Shown: positions 9,049-19,699, counted from the first letter of the stretch. The stretch: 64,000 bases of DNA from an uncultured Candidatus Berkelbacteria bacterium (GCA_963698075.1 OY969116.1:542131-606130); one strand, 5' to 3'. Numbers and translations: made by a program. The notes: generated by a model from the letters alone, not told the origin.

Positions 9049-10770
9049 CTATTCTCTCGTTACTCTCAACACTTCATCTAACGTTGTCATGCCCGCTTCG
9101 ACTTTCCTAAAACCATCCTCAAGCATCGTCTTCATTCCTTCCTTAAGAGCTTGGGTTTTAATTTTTTCCGCCGGTGAATGGGCAACGGTTAAATTTTGGA
9201 TTGTTGTTGAAGTGGACAAAACTTCAAAAATGCCAATTCTACCGCGGAATCCCGAACCGCCACACTGCTCGCAACCTTTGCCTTTATAGATTTTAGTCGG
9301 CATTTTGATTCCATTTTCTCCACCAGAAAGCCCCGTAATTTGTTTTTTTAAATTTTCAATGTCTTTTTCGGAAACTTTGATCGACGTCACACAATTTTTA
9401 CAAATTTTTCTCACCAATCTTTGGGCAATCACTAAATTCAAAGTTGAGGCTAAAAGAAATGGTTCGACGCCAATGTCCAAGAGTCTCGGGATGGCGCCGG
9501 CGGCATCATTGGTGTGCAAGCTCGAAAGCAATAAATGACCAGTCAGGGCCGAATGAATAGCCATTTCAGCAGTTTCTTTGTCACGGATTTCGCCCACCAT
9601 CAAAATATCTGGGTCTTGGCGTAAGAGACTTCTCAAACCATCAGCAAAGTTGAGTCCAATTTTAGGATTAACCTGAATCTGATTAATTCTTTTAATGTCG
9701 TATTCGATTGGGTCCTCAATGGTGGAAATATTGACTTCCGGCCGGTTTAAGAGATGTAAAATCGTATACAAAGTCGTCGTTTTCCCCGAACCCGTCGGAC
9801 CGGTGGCCAGAATCATTCCATGCGGCCGCTCGATTGCTTCTTTGATAATTTTGAGATCTCTGGGAGACAAACCTAGTTCTTCTAAAGTCAAAAACCTTTC
9901 TGACTCCTCAAGCAAACGCATCACCACCTTTTCTCCATAAAAAGCGGGAATAATTGAGACACGAATCGCGGTACTATGATGTTCGCTTTCATAGCGAAAA
10001 CGGCCGTCTTGGGGAATCCGATGCTCATCAATTTTGAGGTCAGCCAGGATCTTCACTCTCGCCACTAAAGCCGGATGAATGGCAATTGGCAAATTAATAA
10101 TATCTCGAAGCAAGCCATCAACTCGAAAACGAATGATAAATTCTTTGGGGAGGCGTTCCATATGAATATCTGAGGCCCGTTGGGCAATTGCATATTCGAT
10201 GACCGTATCTAAAATATTGATCACCGGTAAATCTTTGGCGAGTTCGGCAATATTGCCTTGAGCCTTAGATTTCGCCACATTTTGCTCGATTATTTTGGTA
10301 AAATCCGAGGCAATCGATTTTTTATAAACTCCGAGGGCTTCGCGGAGATCGGTCTCCGTAGCAATAAAGGGAATTACTTTGAGGCCGGTATGTTTTTGGG
10401 CAAAATCAAGAGCATTGATGTCGCCTGGATCCGCCATGCCAAGCTTAAGGGCCTCCTGGCCATTTTGCTTTTCGCGGCCAAAAACAATCATTTTTCGAGC
10501 TTTGGCCATCTGTTCGGGAATTAGCTTGACGTCATCTTCAGAAATTTTGATTTTCCCCAAAGAGACAAATTGAACCCCAAAATAATCAGCTAAAATTTCC
10601 GCGAGATATTCTTCGGAAATATCGCCGTGTTCAACTAAAACATGACTGATATCACGATCAGTTTTTTGCGCCTCAGCTTCCGCCGAACTAAATTGCTTTT
10701 CATCGATAAAACCCGAGGCGAGCAAGGTTTTTTTTAATTCATCAGGGGTGATATGTAACATCTCATTCAA
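9049..10770 (-). CDS. pilB: Type IV pilus assembly ATPase PilB/GspE
   Basis: ASDIH, PQDGR, GPTGSGKTTT, TIEDPIE, LRQDPD..MVGEIRD, TGHL, CxxC/CxxC zinc motif. Confidence 0.97.
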   Translation of the reverse strand: MNEMLHITPDELKKTLLASGFIDEKQFSSAEAEAQKTDRDISHVLVEHGDISEEYLAEILADYFGVQFVSLGKIKISEDDVKLIPEQMAKARKMIVFGREKQNGQEALKLGMADPGDINALDFAQKHTGLKVIPFIATETDLREALGVYKKSIASDFTKIIEQNVAKSKAQGNIAELAKDLPVINILDTVIEYAIAQRASDIHMERLPKEFIIRFRVDGLLRDIINLPIAIHPALVARVKILADLKIDEHRIPQDGRFRYESEHHSTAIRVSIIPAFYGEKVVMRLLEESERFLTLEELGLSPRDLKIIKEAIERPHGMILATGPTGSGKTTTLYTILHLLNRPEVNISTIEDPIEYDIKRINQIQVNPKIGLNFADGLRSLLRQDPDILMVGEIRDKETAEMAIHSALTGHLLLSSLHTNDAAGAIPRLLDIGVEPFLLASTLNLVIAQRLVRKICKNCVTSIKVSEKDIENLKKQITGLSGGENGIKMPTKIYKGKGCEQCGGSGFRGRIGIFEVLSTSTTIQNLTVAHSPAEKIKTQALKEGMKTMLEDGFRKVEAGMTTLDEVLRVTRE

Positions 10771-11387
10771 ATTAATTTTGTCAAGCCGATTAAACTCAGA
10801 AAATTAATGTAAAAAGAAAAGTTACCAAGAACCAAAATAGCGAGACTTGTAAAGATTAAAAAAGGAGCGATTTTTAGACGCTCGTTCAAAAGATGCTTAC
10901 CAAAGACTAAACTTTGAAAGATTTGAAAAATTATCATTAAAATCAACGCCGCCACAATCAAAACAATAAGATTGGGAAAACCGACAATGAATACGGTTAA
11001 TAAAATCACCAACCAATCAGCTTCTTCAAAAAATGGACGCTTGACGAGGTGAGCAACAAGAAGAACAACGGCGACAAGAACAAAATCAATTGCGATCGTC
11101 ACCACCAAAGGCAAGAGATAATTGGCCCAAACATTATCGACAAAAAAAGAAGTCCCTTTACCAGGCAACAAATAAATTCCCAGGGTACTTTTTTTAAGCT
11201 GCCAATAAAAGATAAAGACGCGAGCTAAAAGTTGAAGGATGTAGGCGGCAACAATTACGATTGTCCATTTTTTCAAGAATTTAACCTGAATTTCGCCAGC
11301 AAGGATAATCTGACGAAACAAAATTATCAATAAAATCACCGCTAGTATTTGCGGAATCCAAAAAACTATCTGGTCAATCCAGATCAT
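10767..11387 (-). CDS. Multi-pass membrane protein, possibly a divergent prepilin-peptidase (A24)-like protein
   Basis: About 5 TM helices; EEAD and IAPFL resemble A24 C-terminal motifs; lies in the pilus operon. Confidence 0.5.
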   Translation of the reverse strand: MIWIDQIVFWIPQILAVILLIILFRQIILAGEIQVKFLKKWTIVIVAAYILQLLARVFIFYWQLKKSTLGIYLLPGKGTSFFVDNVWANYLLPLVVTIAIDFVLVAVVLLVAHLVKRPFFEEADWLVILLTVFIVGFPNLIVLIVAALILMIIFQIFQSLVFGKHLLNERLKIAPFLIFTSLAILVLGNFSFYINFLSLIGLTKLI

Positions 11388-11398
11388 CTCTGCCCCTC

Positions 11399-11500
11399 CG
11401 CTCCTGAGTCCCGCCTCCGGCGGGAGCTCAGGAAGCCCCGCTAATGACGCTCCTGTGTGATTGAATGTAATTCAATAAACAGGAAGGAATTTTGCGGGGC
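11399..11500. repeat. Family-C double-hairpin element, copy downstream of the major pilin
   Basis: CGCTCCTGA..TCAGGAAGCCCCGC..CGCTCCTGT..GAAT-GTA-ATTC..ACAGGAAGGAAT..GCGGGGC; same architecture as 12058-12170. Confidence 0.85.
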
Positions 11501-11523
11501 ACGTGAATCTCAACTTATTTTAT

Positions 11524-12051
11524 TTACGGCAGTATCGTTAAATCCGTGCCCACTTCATAGCGAGCATTGTTATTACCACCATCAGCTGACTCTTTGGGAG
11601 TGTTATCAGTACTTTCAAAAACGCAGTCAATTTCGTAAGTTTTGTTGGCCACGGAAACGCCAAAACGATAATTGTGGTTCGCATCATTGGTCGGATCGAG
11701 CGGCAAAGCAGCAATTGGCGCTCCCGAAGAGACCGCGGTAAAGTCAAGTCCGGTAATCCAGCCTGTGCCGTCGTTCTTCTTCATGGCATTGGCCGAACCA
11801 ACAATCGGGAAGGTGCTGTAGGGTCCTGCCATTCCGGCAAAGTCATGGCTATCCGCCAAATAAAGATTGACCGACGTCGCCAGCGACGTCATATCAGAAA
11901 ATCGCTGCGAATCGCGGGATTTTTCCAAAATCCTTGCCGGGTTGATGGCAATGACAATAATAATTGCCAAAATCGCAATAATGGCAATGACAATTAAGAG
12001 CTCGATGAGGGTAAAACCTCTCCCATTAGATCTTTCTTGTACCAAATCCAC
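11524..12051 (-). CDS. pilA: Probable major type IV pilin
   Basis: RG|FTLIELLIVIAII, SRDSQRFSD, LPLDP; GAAGGAGG just upstream. Confidence 0.9.
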   Translation of the reverse strand: MDLVQERSNGRGFTLIELLIVIAIIAILAIIIVIAINPARILEKSRDSQRFSDMTSLATSVNLYLADSHDFAGMAGPYSTFPIVGSANAMKKNDGTGWITGLDFTAVSSGAPIAALPLDPTNDANHNYRFGVSVANKTYEIDCVFESTDNTPKESADGGNNNARYEVGTDLTILP

Positions 12052-12057
12052 CTCCTT

Positions 12058-12170
12058 CGCTCCTGAATTTCGCTTCTGCGATAGCAGAAAGAAAGTTCAG
12101 GAAGCCCCGCACCTGGCGCTTCTGCAATAACAGGACGTAGTCCGTTTTGCAGAAAGGAATGGTGCTGGGG
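12058..12170. repeat. Family-C double-hairpin element, copy upstream of the major pilin
   Basis: CGCTCCTGA..TCAGGAAGCCCCGCACC..CGCTTCTGC..GGAC-GTA-GTCC..GCAGAAAGGAATGGTGCTGGGG. Confidence 0.85.
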
Positions 12171-12195
12171 TAATTATTTTTACTTGTAAATTTTA

Positions 12196-12579
12196 CTACT
12201 TTTTCTGTTCCGCTAAAAATGTCTCGACTTTTTTCACCACTTGTTGTGGGGTAACGTCGGTTTTAACCAGATAATCAACCGCGCCAAGTTTGAAACACTC
12301 AAAGACCGCGTCTTCTTGACCAAAATTGGTCAATAAGATCACCGGCGTGGTAAAAGTCGCTGGTTGGCTGCGAAGTTTCTTAAATAAAGCCAGGCCATCG
12401 AGTTTGGGCAGCATAATGTCAAGCAAAATCAAGTCAGCTTTTTCTTTGGTCGCCTTTTCCATGCCTTCGAGACCATCGTAGGCAACTATCACATCATAAC
12501 CATCAGAGACGAATTTACGCTCATACATTTTTACCAGCGTGACATCATCTTCAATGAAAAGAATCTTGGCTTTAGCCAT
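12196..12579 (-). CDS. Stand-alone response regulator receiver
   Basis: KILFIEDD, LLDIMLPKLDG, LTN, DYLVK; no output domain. Confidence 0.95.
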   Translation of the reverse strand: MAKAKILFIEDDVTLVKMYERKFVSDGYDVIVAYDGLEGMEKATKEKADLILLDIMLPKLDGLALFKKLRSQPATFTTPVILLTNFGQEDAVFECFKLGAVDYLVKTDVTPQQVVKKVETFLAEQKK

Positions 12580-12710
12580 TTTGTTCCTCAAACTAATTGT
12601 ACGATAAATAATCCAAAATGCAAAGTTGATTAGCGCTTTTACGGCACTGTAATACTCACCTGGCTGGCGTTCGAATAATCACCCGCGCGATATTTTATGA
12701 TGCTTCAACT

Positions 12711-14471
12711 CTAGCTATTATCCTCAAAGCTGGGATTAGTTAAGGGTAAATATTGAGCCGCATCGAGTTTAAAAGTAAAACCTTGAGCCCAACAACCGGT
12801 TAGTTGAATCGGCGCATTCTCAATTTTTTGTAACCCAGAGTCATCAGGCGGGTAAATGTTGACTGTCAGGTTTTTAGGAAAACTTTCCCCTATTTCATTT
12901 TTCTCCGGCAATAGAATCGATCCGTCTGAATCTGTGGTTCCTGAAAACCCTGAAAATAAATCGGGATATTTTTCAATTAACTCATTAGCTAAAGTTGATC
13001 CATTTAATTCAACTTTAGCATTTGGAACCGGTTCTCCTGTTAGGGCATTATCAATATTGATCTGTAAATAAGATACATGAGTGCGGAAAGTCAAATTTTT
13101 CTTTATTTGGGTAACCCCGGGATCGACAATCACCTCGTCTTGGACCCAAACCATCCATTCGTCAGCTTTAATCTGATAGGTTGTCGGAACTTGACTGGCA
13201 GGAACTGAAATTAGATAAACTATTTCCGTACCAATATAGTCGAAGTTTTCATCTAAAATAGCTCTTCTGGTTTTTAAAGCCCCATAAGTATTGCTTCCAT
13301 TCATGGCAACAAGCGTCATATGTTCGAGTTCGCTATTGATTGCTTCAATTGCATCAAAATTAGCTGCTTCATCTTCAGGTTTAATTATCCCCTCTTCAAG
13401 TAAAATCTTGGAAAGAACACTACTCATTATTGTGCAATCTTCTGGGCATTCCTCGCTTGGCATAATTAACTCGCCGGTGATTAGAACATCACCGTGGTAC
13501 TTTAAAGGGATTGGTGCATTAGGAATATTAACAAATATTAAGCTCGCTACAATCTGACCTTCAGAATTATCGAACCCCGAGTCTGTAGGTGGGGTAACCC
13601 AATAACTATAATGAATACCGGCGAGTTCGGTGACAAAAGTTTGAATTGGCCAGCTTTTAACAAATCTATATTCTACTTGTCCAGTAGTGGAATTGTAAGT
13701 TGCTGTCCCATCAGCCAGGACTGTGCCGTCGTCCAGCCGAAATTCGACTTTCGAGCCATCAAGTTTTTCGATCGGGTCAGTACTCTTTTGCCCTTCCAAT
13801 GTTCCGCTAAATAATACACTAATATTTTGATTAGTATTCCAAACCAGATAGGCCGCCGCTTGAGCCCGGGTGATCGGTAATCCATCGGAATAAGGCGAAA
13901 GATCACCAGAATAATTTGGTGGGACGACCAACGCCGCGGGATCGACGTTGAGCGCTTTGCTCAGCCATAATAGAAAATCGCCTTTGGTGACGGTATTCGA
14001 GGGGTAAAACACACAATGTCCCAATGGATCGGACGAACATTGGATTATTTGGCGCTGAAAGGCAGCTTGAATAAAACCCCAGGACCAGTAATCCGTCGGG
14101 ACATCGTCGAAAATTTGGGTCATGGGACAGGATATTTGCGGATCATCGGGAAAAGGATAATCATTAATACAGGAGGGAATTTTAGCCGTTCGCAAGATAT
14201 AAATGATCGCCTGATCCCGGTTCATTTGCAAGGCTGGGCGATAAGTGTCATCTGGATATCCACCTAAAATTTTGTTTTGAACCGATGAATGGGAATACCA
14301 GTAAAACCAATCCGAAGAGATTACATCGGAAAACCCTTGATAGTCAGTGGCGGTCGGTATAACTGTTGCTATGGACCGATTTTTAAATCTTATGATCAAA
14401 AAACCACCGGCTACCAAAATGACCATGAGTATGCCAATAATAATTTTTCTTTTGGATAAATTTATTTTCAT
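12711..14471 (-). CDS. SLH-domain surface protein (C-terminus looks truncated)
   Basis: N-terminal TM, SLH motifs (FSDV..W, GYPDDTYRP, FDDVPTDYW, ITRAQAA); ends abruptly at NPSFEDNS. Confidence 0.85.
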   Translation of the reverse strand: MKINLSKRKIIIGILMVILVAGGFLIIRFKNRSIATVIPTATDYQGFSDVISSDWFYWYSHSSVQNKILGGYPDDTYRPALQMNRDQAIIYILRTAKIPSCINDYPFPDDPQISCPMTQIFDDVPTDYWSWGFIQAAFQRQIIQCSSDPLGHCVFYPSNTVTKGDFLLWLSKALNVDPAALVVPPNYSGDLSPYSDGLPITRAQAAAYLVWNTNQNISVLFSGTLEGQKSTDPIEKLDGSKVEFRLDDGTVLADGTATYNSTTGQVEYRFVKSWPIQTFVTELAGIHYSYWVTPPTDSGFDNSEGQIVASLIFVNIPNAPIPLKYHGDVLITGELIMPSEECPEDCTIMSSVLSKILLEEGIIKPEDEAANFDAIEAINSELEHMTLVAMNGSNTYGALKTRRAILDENFDYIGTEIVYLISVPASQVPTTYQIKADEWMVWVQDEVIVDPGVTQIKKNLTFRTHVSYLQINIDNALTGEPVPNAKVELNGSTLANELIEKYPDLFSGFSGTTDSDGSILLPEKNEIGESFPKNLTVNIYPPDDSGLQKIENAPIQLTGCWAQGFTFKLDAAQYLPLTNPSFEDNS

Positions 14472-14511
14472 TTTAATTTTAAAAAGATTAAGATTTTAAT
14501 TTTTAAGATAT

Positions 14512-16691
14512 TCAATGCCAAGGAGTAGCTACTTCGCCCCCTTCAAGTTGGATAGCATCCCAATAAACGGTGTCAGTTGGAATCGCCCCATTACTTAAAA
14601 GATGAATTCTGGCTTTACTGGTGGCAGTGGCGGTAAAAGTGACGCTTAATCTTTCCCACTGATCGAAAGTTTTCCCCCTGAAGAAAAGACTTGATTGACA
14701 TTTTGCGTGTCATGAACCCAAAGAATAGGCACGGCGTTGGCGCCGTTCTTGCGAAAGACATAAGCGGAGATGGTATATTTATTACCATTCTTTAAATAAG
14801 AAGGCGTATCTTGGTAGGAATAATCTTGACCGTTGCTATAAAACACCATTTTTAAAGATTGACTGCCGTCAAAAGCTTGATCTTTCGAGATTAAGGAACT
14901 TGAATGTCCCAAGACTGAAGATTTCCAACCCTTCAAAATCCGAGTGTGAAAAAACCGACAATCGCCTGTTCCTTTTCCCGCCGTATTAATGGCATAAGCA
15001 CGGTAAGAATAATCAGTATCTTGGGCAAGATCCCTGACATCGATTGAATATGTCCCGCTATTATAGGGGCCCGATTTTTGTTTTGGATATTGAATAATGG
15101 TCCCACCACAGCTTTTCCCATTATAAAGATAAAATCCTCGTTCGGTCGGTTGAGTAATACCAATAGATGTAATATTGCCATTTAAGGTAGAACCGTTTAT
15201 TTGAAGGTTAGAGGCATCCAGGGTGCTTAAAGTTGGCACCGCTTTTAAGGTTTTAAACGATTGGCAAGCGCTAATCCCCTCAAGAGGGGTTTTGGAATAG
15301 GCCTTATAAGAATAGATTGAATCTGGACTGAGTTGAAAAACATCGGCATTGTATTTGCCCAAAGTGGCATTAGGACCGGTCACCTTCGGATTTCGGACCA
15401 CGCTGCCAGTACAGTCATTACTGCTGTAAAGATAAAAACCTCGTTCGGTTATTTGGTCATAGCCAAGGCTCGTCAAGTTTCCGTTTAAAGTCGCACTGTT
15501 AAAGGAAATATTGGTGGCTGGATCAGCAATAATGACTGGGATAAAAGCCTTGCTCATAAAGGAGGCGGCTTGAGCGCGGGTAAGATTTTCAGTTGGATGG
15601 AAAGTGCCATCCGGGTAGCCGCTGATAATTCCCATTTTGGCTAAATATTCAATATATTTGTAGGCCCAATAAGTTGTGGGTACATCTTTAAAAGTTGGGG
15701 TTGTCGGACCAGCCGGAACTTTGGAGTCTACGCCAGCTAACGCTCGAGCCAACAAAGTTGCCATTTGGTCCCGGGTCATATTGGTAGTCGGATTGTAGTT
15801 TAAGGCGGGAAGAATAATACTTTTAATTTGGAGATACTGGATGTATTTATAGGCCCAGTAGGATGACGGCACATCGTTAAAGGGCGATTGATAATCAGTG
15901 ATAGAGGAACCGAGATCCAATTGCACGGCATCATAATAAATTGAGCCGTAGGCCCGATCAGTGACGGCGCGGATCCTAACACTGGTGGTTGCCGCTCCGG
16001 TTTTAAAACTGCAACTGACTCTTCTCCAGGAACCGCGACCAGCCGTGGCATTGGTATAGGCATGACATTCTTCGGGGATATCACTTAAATCAAAATATGC
16101 CCCACCAGAACCGGAGGCAATGAAGATATATCCGGAAAGGGCGTAGGTGGTATTGGGACTAACGGCAATCGAGTCTGATTGACTGGCCACCGAAATCGGC
16201 GAATAGTTATTGAGAAACCTTAGTGAAGCAGAACCGATAAAGGCTTTACTGGTTACTCGTAACATCCACTGGGAGCCACCCCAGATAGGGACACTCCAAT
16301 TGGCAGGCAGCTGGGTGTAGCCGGAAACATTATTTTCAAAGCTTGAATTCAAAACTGTCGCGGTCGGGGCAACTTTAACGTTTGCGTCTGATCCGGCGAG
16401 TGCTCGGCTAAGGAAAGCCGCGGCCTGATCCCGAGTGACCACCTGCTCGGGCCTGAAGGTGCTGTCCGGATAACCTTGGATAATGCCGGCGTGATTGGCA
16501 GCCTCAATTTGAGAGTAAGCCCAGTAACTCGGCGGGACATCAGAAAAAGATTGACCGGCAACCGTTTTGAGGCGAGGCAAGAATTTACCTGATTTTACCT
16601 GCCAGCCAAAAACCCCGAGACAAATTAAAACCATCACCCCAAAGAAAACGAGGATCACTTTTTTTCTCACCGAAATTTCTGACCAAAACAT
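14512..16691 (-). CDS. SLH + CBM4-like + FN3-like surface protein with a -1 frameshift near 14670-14678 (zero frame stops at 14646)
   Basis: Three SLH repeats (FSDVPPSYWAY, GYPDGTFHP). The second CBM-like domain is completed only in the -1 frame: TFDQWERLSVTF...VYWDAIQLEGGEVATPWH*. Confidence 0.85.
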
Positions 16692-16708
16692 TTCCCCTCT
16701 TTATTACT

Positions 16709-18796
16709 TTATACCATCGGTAAACTAAAATGGAAGGTTGAACCTTTGCCTTCAACCGACTCCACCCAAATCTTCCCGCCTTGTCTTTCCACCAATTGCT
16801 TGGTAATCCAAAGGCCTAAACCAGTGCCGGTAATTCGGCGAGTTTTATCGGTTTTAACGCGATAAAATTTTTCAAATAATTTTTCCTGACCTTCTTTAGA
16901 AATCCCCATGCCAGTATCTTCGACCGCGACAATCACTTCGTGCTCATTTTTACCCAAGGCGACAGTGACGCTGCCGTGCTCGGTATATTTAATGGCATTG
17001 CCGACCAAATTAATTAAAATCTGCCGCGTTCTTTCTGGATCGGCTTTGACTTGTTCCATTTCGTGTTTTTCAAATCTTAATTGTAAATTTTTATCTTTGG
17101 CTTGAATTTGGAGCTCTTTGACCACTTCCTCAATTAATTTAACAATGTCCATGGGAATTGGTTTGAGCTCAATTCTCCCCTGCTCAATCCGGCCGACATT
17201 TAACAAATCATCAACCAAATCGGCCAAGCGCTGATTGATTTTGATAATTTCTTCAATCATTTCTTTGAGTTCGCCTGATATCGGTCCAGCATCTCCTGTC
17301 AAAATCATATCCAAATAACCCTTAATCCCGGTAATGGGCGTCCGGAGTTCATGAGTAGCAATGGAGATAAGTTCCTGTTTCATTTGCTCGACTTCCAACT
17401 CATGGGTAATGTCGCGGAAAACGACAATTGCTCCCATTACTTTGTCATCGGCATCGCGCGTTGCCGCCACTGAAAGGTAAGCCGGAAAAAGGGTCCCGTC
17501 CCTCTTTTTAAGATAGATTTCTGATAAGGCCAGTTTTTTGCCGTCGGTCAAAACTTTAGGAATGGGCGAATCTTTGTCCTCAATCAGTTTGTTTTCTTTG
17601 TTCCATATCCCCAGTGTCTCTTTGATTGTTTTGCCGAGCAATTCCTCCTGTAAGTAACCTGTGATTTGTTCGCCGGAGGGATTAAGTAAAATAATTTTCT
17701 CAAGTTTATCGACGGCCAAAACCCCTTCGCCAATCGAGGATAAAAGGGCGGAGTCTTTTTTGCGTTCTTCTTCAATTTCCCTTAACATTTTCGAGGAAGT
17801 GACGACCACCGCTGCCTGTGAAGAAAGAATCATAAAAAGCCGCAAGTCATCCTCATGAAAATTGTTTTCTTTTTGGGAAAAAACATGAATTACGCCCAAT
17901 GTTTGTGATTTCACTTTCAAGGGGGCCGCCAAAATACTCTTTACCTCATTGAGACCAGCTCGGCGTAAAACTTGTGTCGTTTCTTCGTCGAGCCTGTTGA
18001 GCATTATGGGGATGCCTTTACAGAATGATTGGCCAGTGACGCCTTCATCGGGTCGGGTGCGAAAATCTTTCATTTGCGTCTCGGTCAAGCCAAAAGCCGG
18101 TTTCACCGCTCGGAGTAATTTTTCCTGGCCGTCATATAAAACTAAGGCTCCCTTGTCTGCACGAAGAGTCCGGGTGATTAAACCAATAATTGAAAAAAGA
18201 GTTTCTTCAAAATCAAACAAAGTCGAAATGCTTTTGGAAAGTTCGTTCAAAGCCTCGAGCTCGGCCAAGCGTTTGCGATTCTCTTCTAAAAGCTCGGCCG
18301 AACGGATACTGGCGATCGCCACAGCCGCTTGATTGGCAATCGAGGAAAATAAATTAACGTCTTTGGCGGCAAAATTTCTTTCTTTACGCGTAAAAACGCT
18401 CATGACCCCAATGGTTTGGCTGCGGACCATCATCGGCACTGTCACTAAAGAATGCATCGTCTCTGACAAGACTTTTGAAGCCACTTTTTCTTTGGTAAGA
18501 TCAGTGATTATTTTTGGCTGGCGTGATTTAACCACCCCCCAAGAGACTCCGCCCTTACTCGCGTGAATCGGCGGCTCTTTCATAATCTCTTCGCCCATGC
18601 CAATCGCCACTCGGCGAACTAAAAAATCCCCTTCTAAAGTCATTAAAGTCCCGGCATCAACATTGAGGGCCTTAAGGACCACTTCCAGTAAAGGTTCCCA
18701 AAGACTAGGAAGATCTTTGGCCTCGGCAATTATTTTTGAGATCCGATACCACGTGTCTAAAACAATTTTTAAATCATCCCCTGATTGTTCCGCCAT
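16709..18796 (-). CDS. Cytoplasmic GAF-GAF-PAS sensor histidine kinase
   Basis: Two GAF-like repeats, PAS, HELRTP, NLVGNAIKY, DTGMGI, GTGLGL. Confidence 0.96.
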   Translation of the reverse strand: MAEQSGDDLKIVLDTWYRISKIIAEAKDLPSLWEPLLEVVLKALNVDAGTLMTLEGDFLVRRVAIGMGEEIMKEPPIHASKGGVSWGVVKSRQPKIITDLTKEKVASKVLSETMHSLVTVPMMVRSQTIGVMSVFTRKERNFAAKDVNLFSSIANQAAVAIASIRSAELLEENRKRLAELEALNELSKSISTLFDFEETLFSIIGLITRTLRADKGALVLYDGQEKLLRAVKPAFGLTETQMKDFRTRPDEGVTGQSFCKGIPIMLNRLDEETTQVLRRAGLNEVKSILAAPLKVKSQTLGVIHVFSQKENNFHEDDLRLFMILSSQAAVVVTSSKMLREIEEERKKDSALLSSIGEGVLAVDKLEKIILLNPSGEQITGYLQEELLGKTIKETLGIWNKENKLIEDKDSPIPKVLTDGKKLALSEIYLKKRDGTLFPAYLSVAATRDADDKVMGAIVVFRDITHELEVEQMKQELISIATHELRTPITGIKGYLDMILTGDAGPISGELKEMIEEIIKINQRLADLVDDLLNVGRIEQGRIELKPIPMDIVKLIEEVVKELQIQAKDKNLQLRFEKHEMEQVKADPERTRQILINLVGNAIKYTEHGSVTVALGKNEHEVIVAVEDTGMGISKEGQEKLFEKFYRVKTDKTRRITGTGLGLWITKQLVERQGGKIWVESVEGKGSTFHFSLPMV

Positions 18797-18803
18797 TCCC
18801 CTC

Positions 18804-19184
18804 CTACTTTTTTTCAATCGCCTTTTCTACCATCGCCACCACATCCCTGGAGCTGGTTTTGTATTTTACTAAATAATCCTTGACCCCCAGGCGTTTCGCT
18901 TCCTCAATAAAAATTTCCGAAGTGCCAAGATTGGTCAAAATCACAATCGGAATGTTGCGGGTGGTCTCCTCTTGCTTAAGGTTTCTAATCACGGCAAAGC
19001 CATCAATAGCAGGCATCATGATGTCCAATAAAATACAATTAGGTTTTTCCCTGGACGCTGCAGCCATGCCCTCACCACCAGAATAAGCTGCTACCACCTG
19101 ATAACCGTCGTACTCAAATTTTTTGGAGTACATCCGCACCAACACGACGTCGTCCTCAATAATTAAAATTTTTCCTTTAGCCAT
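18804..19184 (-). CDS. Stand-alone response regulator receiver
   Basis: KILIIEDD, LLDIMMP, LTNLG, DYLVK. Confidence 0.95.
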   Translation of the reverse strand: MAKGKILIIEDDVVLVRMYSKKFEYDGYQVVAAYSGGEGMAAASREKPNCILLDIMMPAIDGFAVIRNLKQEETTRNIPIVILTNLGTSEIFIEEAKRLGVKDYLVKYKTSSRDVVAMVEKAIEKK

Positions 19185-19199
19185 ATAGCCTCCGGTTAG

Positions 19200-19583
19200 C
19201 TATCTCACTATCCCCTTCACTTTCTCCACGATTTGGGCCGGCGTCATATCCGATTTAACCAAATAATCAGCCGCTCCCATTTTTTGCCCCTTTTCTCTGT
19301 CTTCGACTGCTCCACCTAGATTGGTGAGAAGAATGACCGGAATATCTTTGGTTGCCGCGTCAGCTTTAACTTTCTCCAAAACCTGAAAACCATCTAGTTT
19401 CGGCAGCATCACATCCAAAAGAATGATATTTGGTTTGGGCGAGGCCTTAGCGAGCTCGTCTAAGCCGGCCTGGCCATCAAAAGCCGCCAAAACCTTAAAA
19501 CCTTCTTTTTCAAATTTCCGGGTGTACATGCGGATTAAGATTTGATCATCTTCGACCAGTAATATAATCTTCTGTTGCTCCAT
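19200..19583 (-). CDS. Stand-alone response regulator receiver
   Basis: AGGAGG RBS before ATG 19583; LLVEDD, LLDVMLP, LTNLG, DYLVK. Confidence 0.95.
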   Translation of the reverse strand: MEQQKIILLVEDDQILIRMYTRKFEKEGFKVLAAFDGQAGLDELAKASPKPNIILLDVMLPKLDGFQVLEKVKADAATKDIPVILLTNLGGAVEDREKGQKMGAADYLVKSDMTPAQIVEKVKGIVR

Positions 19584-19601
19584 AAGACCTCCTAAATTTA
19601 T

Positions 19602-19698
19602 GTTAAAACTCAAAACGCAAATGTCAAAGTAACAGCAAAAAATTAAAATGATTTTCTTTTATGCTTTTAGTTGTAGTTTTAAGTTTTGACATTTTAAC
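19602..19698. repeat. Inverted micro-repeat element, family H2 (AAAACTC/AAATGTC type)
   Basis: GTTAAAA..AAATGTCAAA / TTTGACATTTTAAC arms; homologous to 32924-33024 and 47846-48002. Confidence 0.8.
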
Positions 19699-19699
19699 T

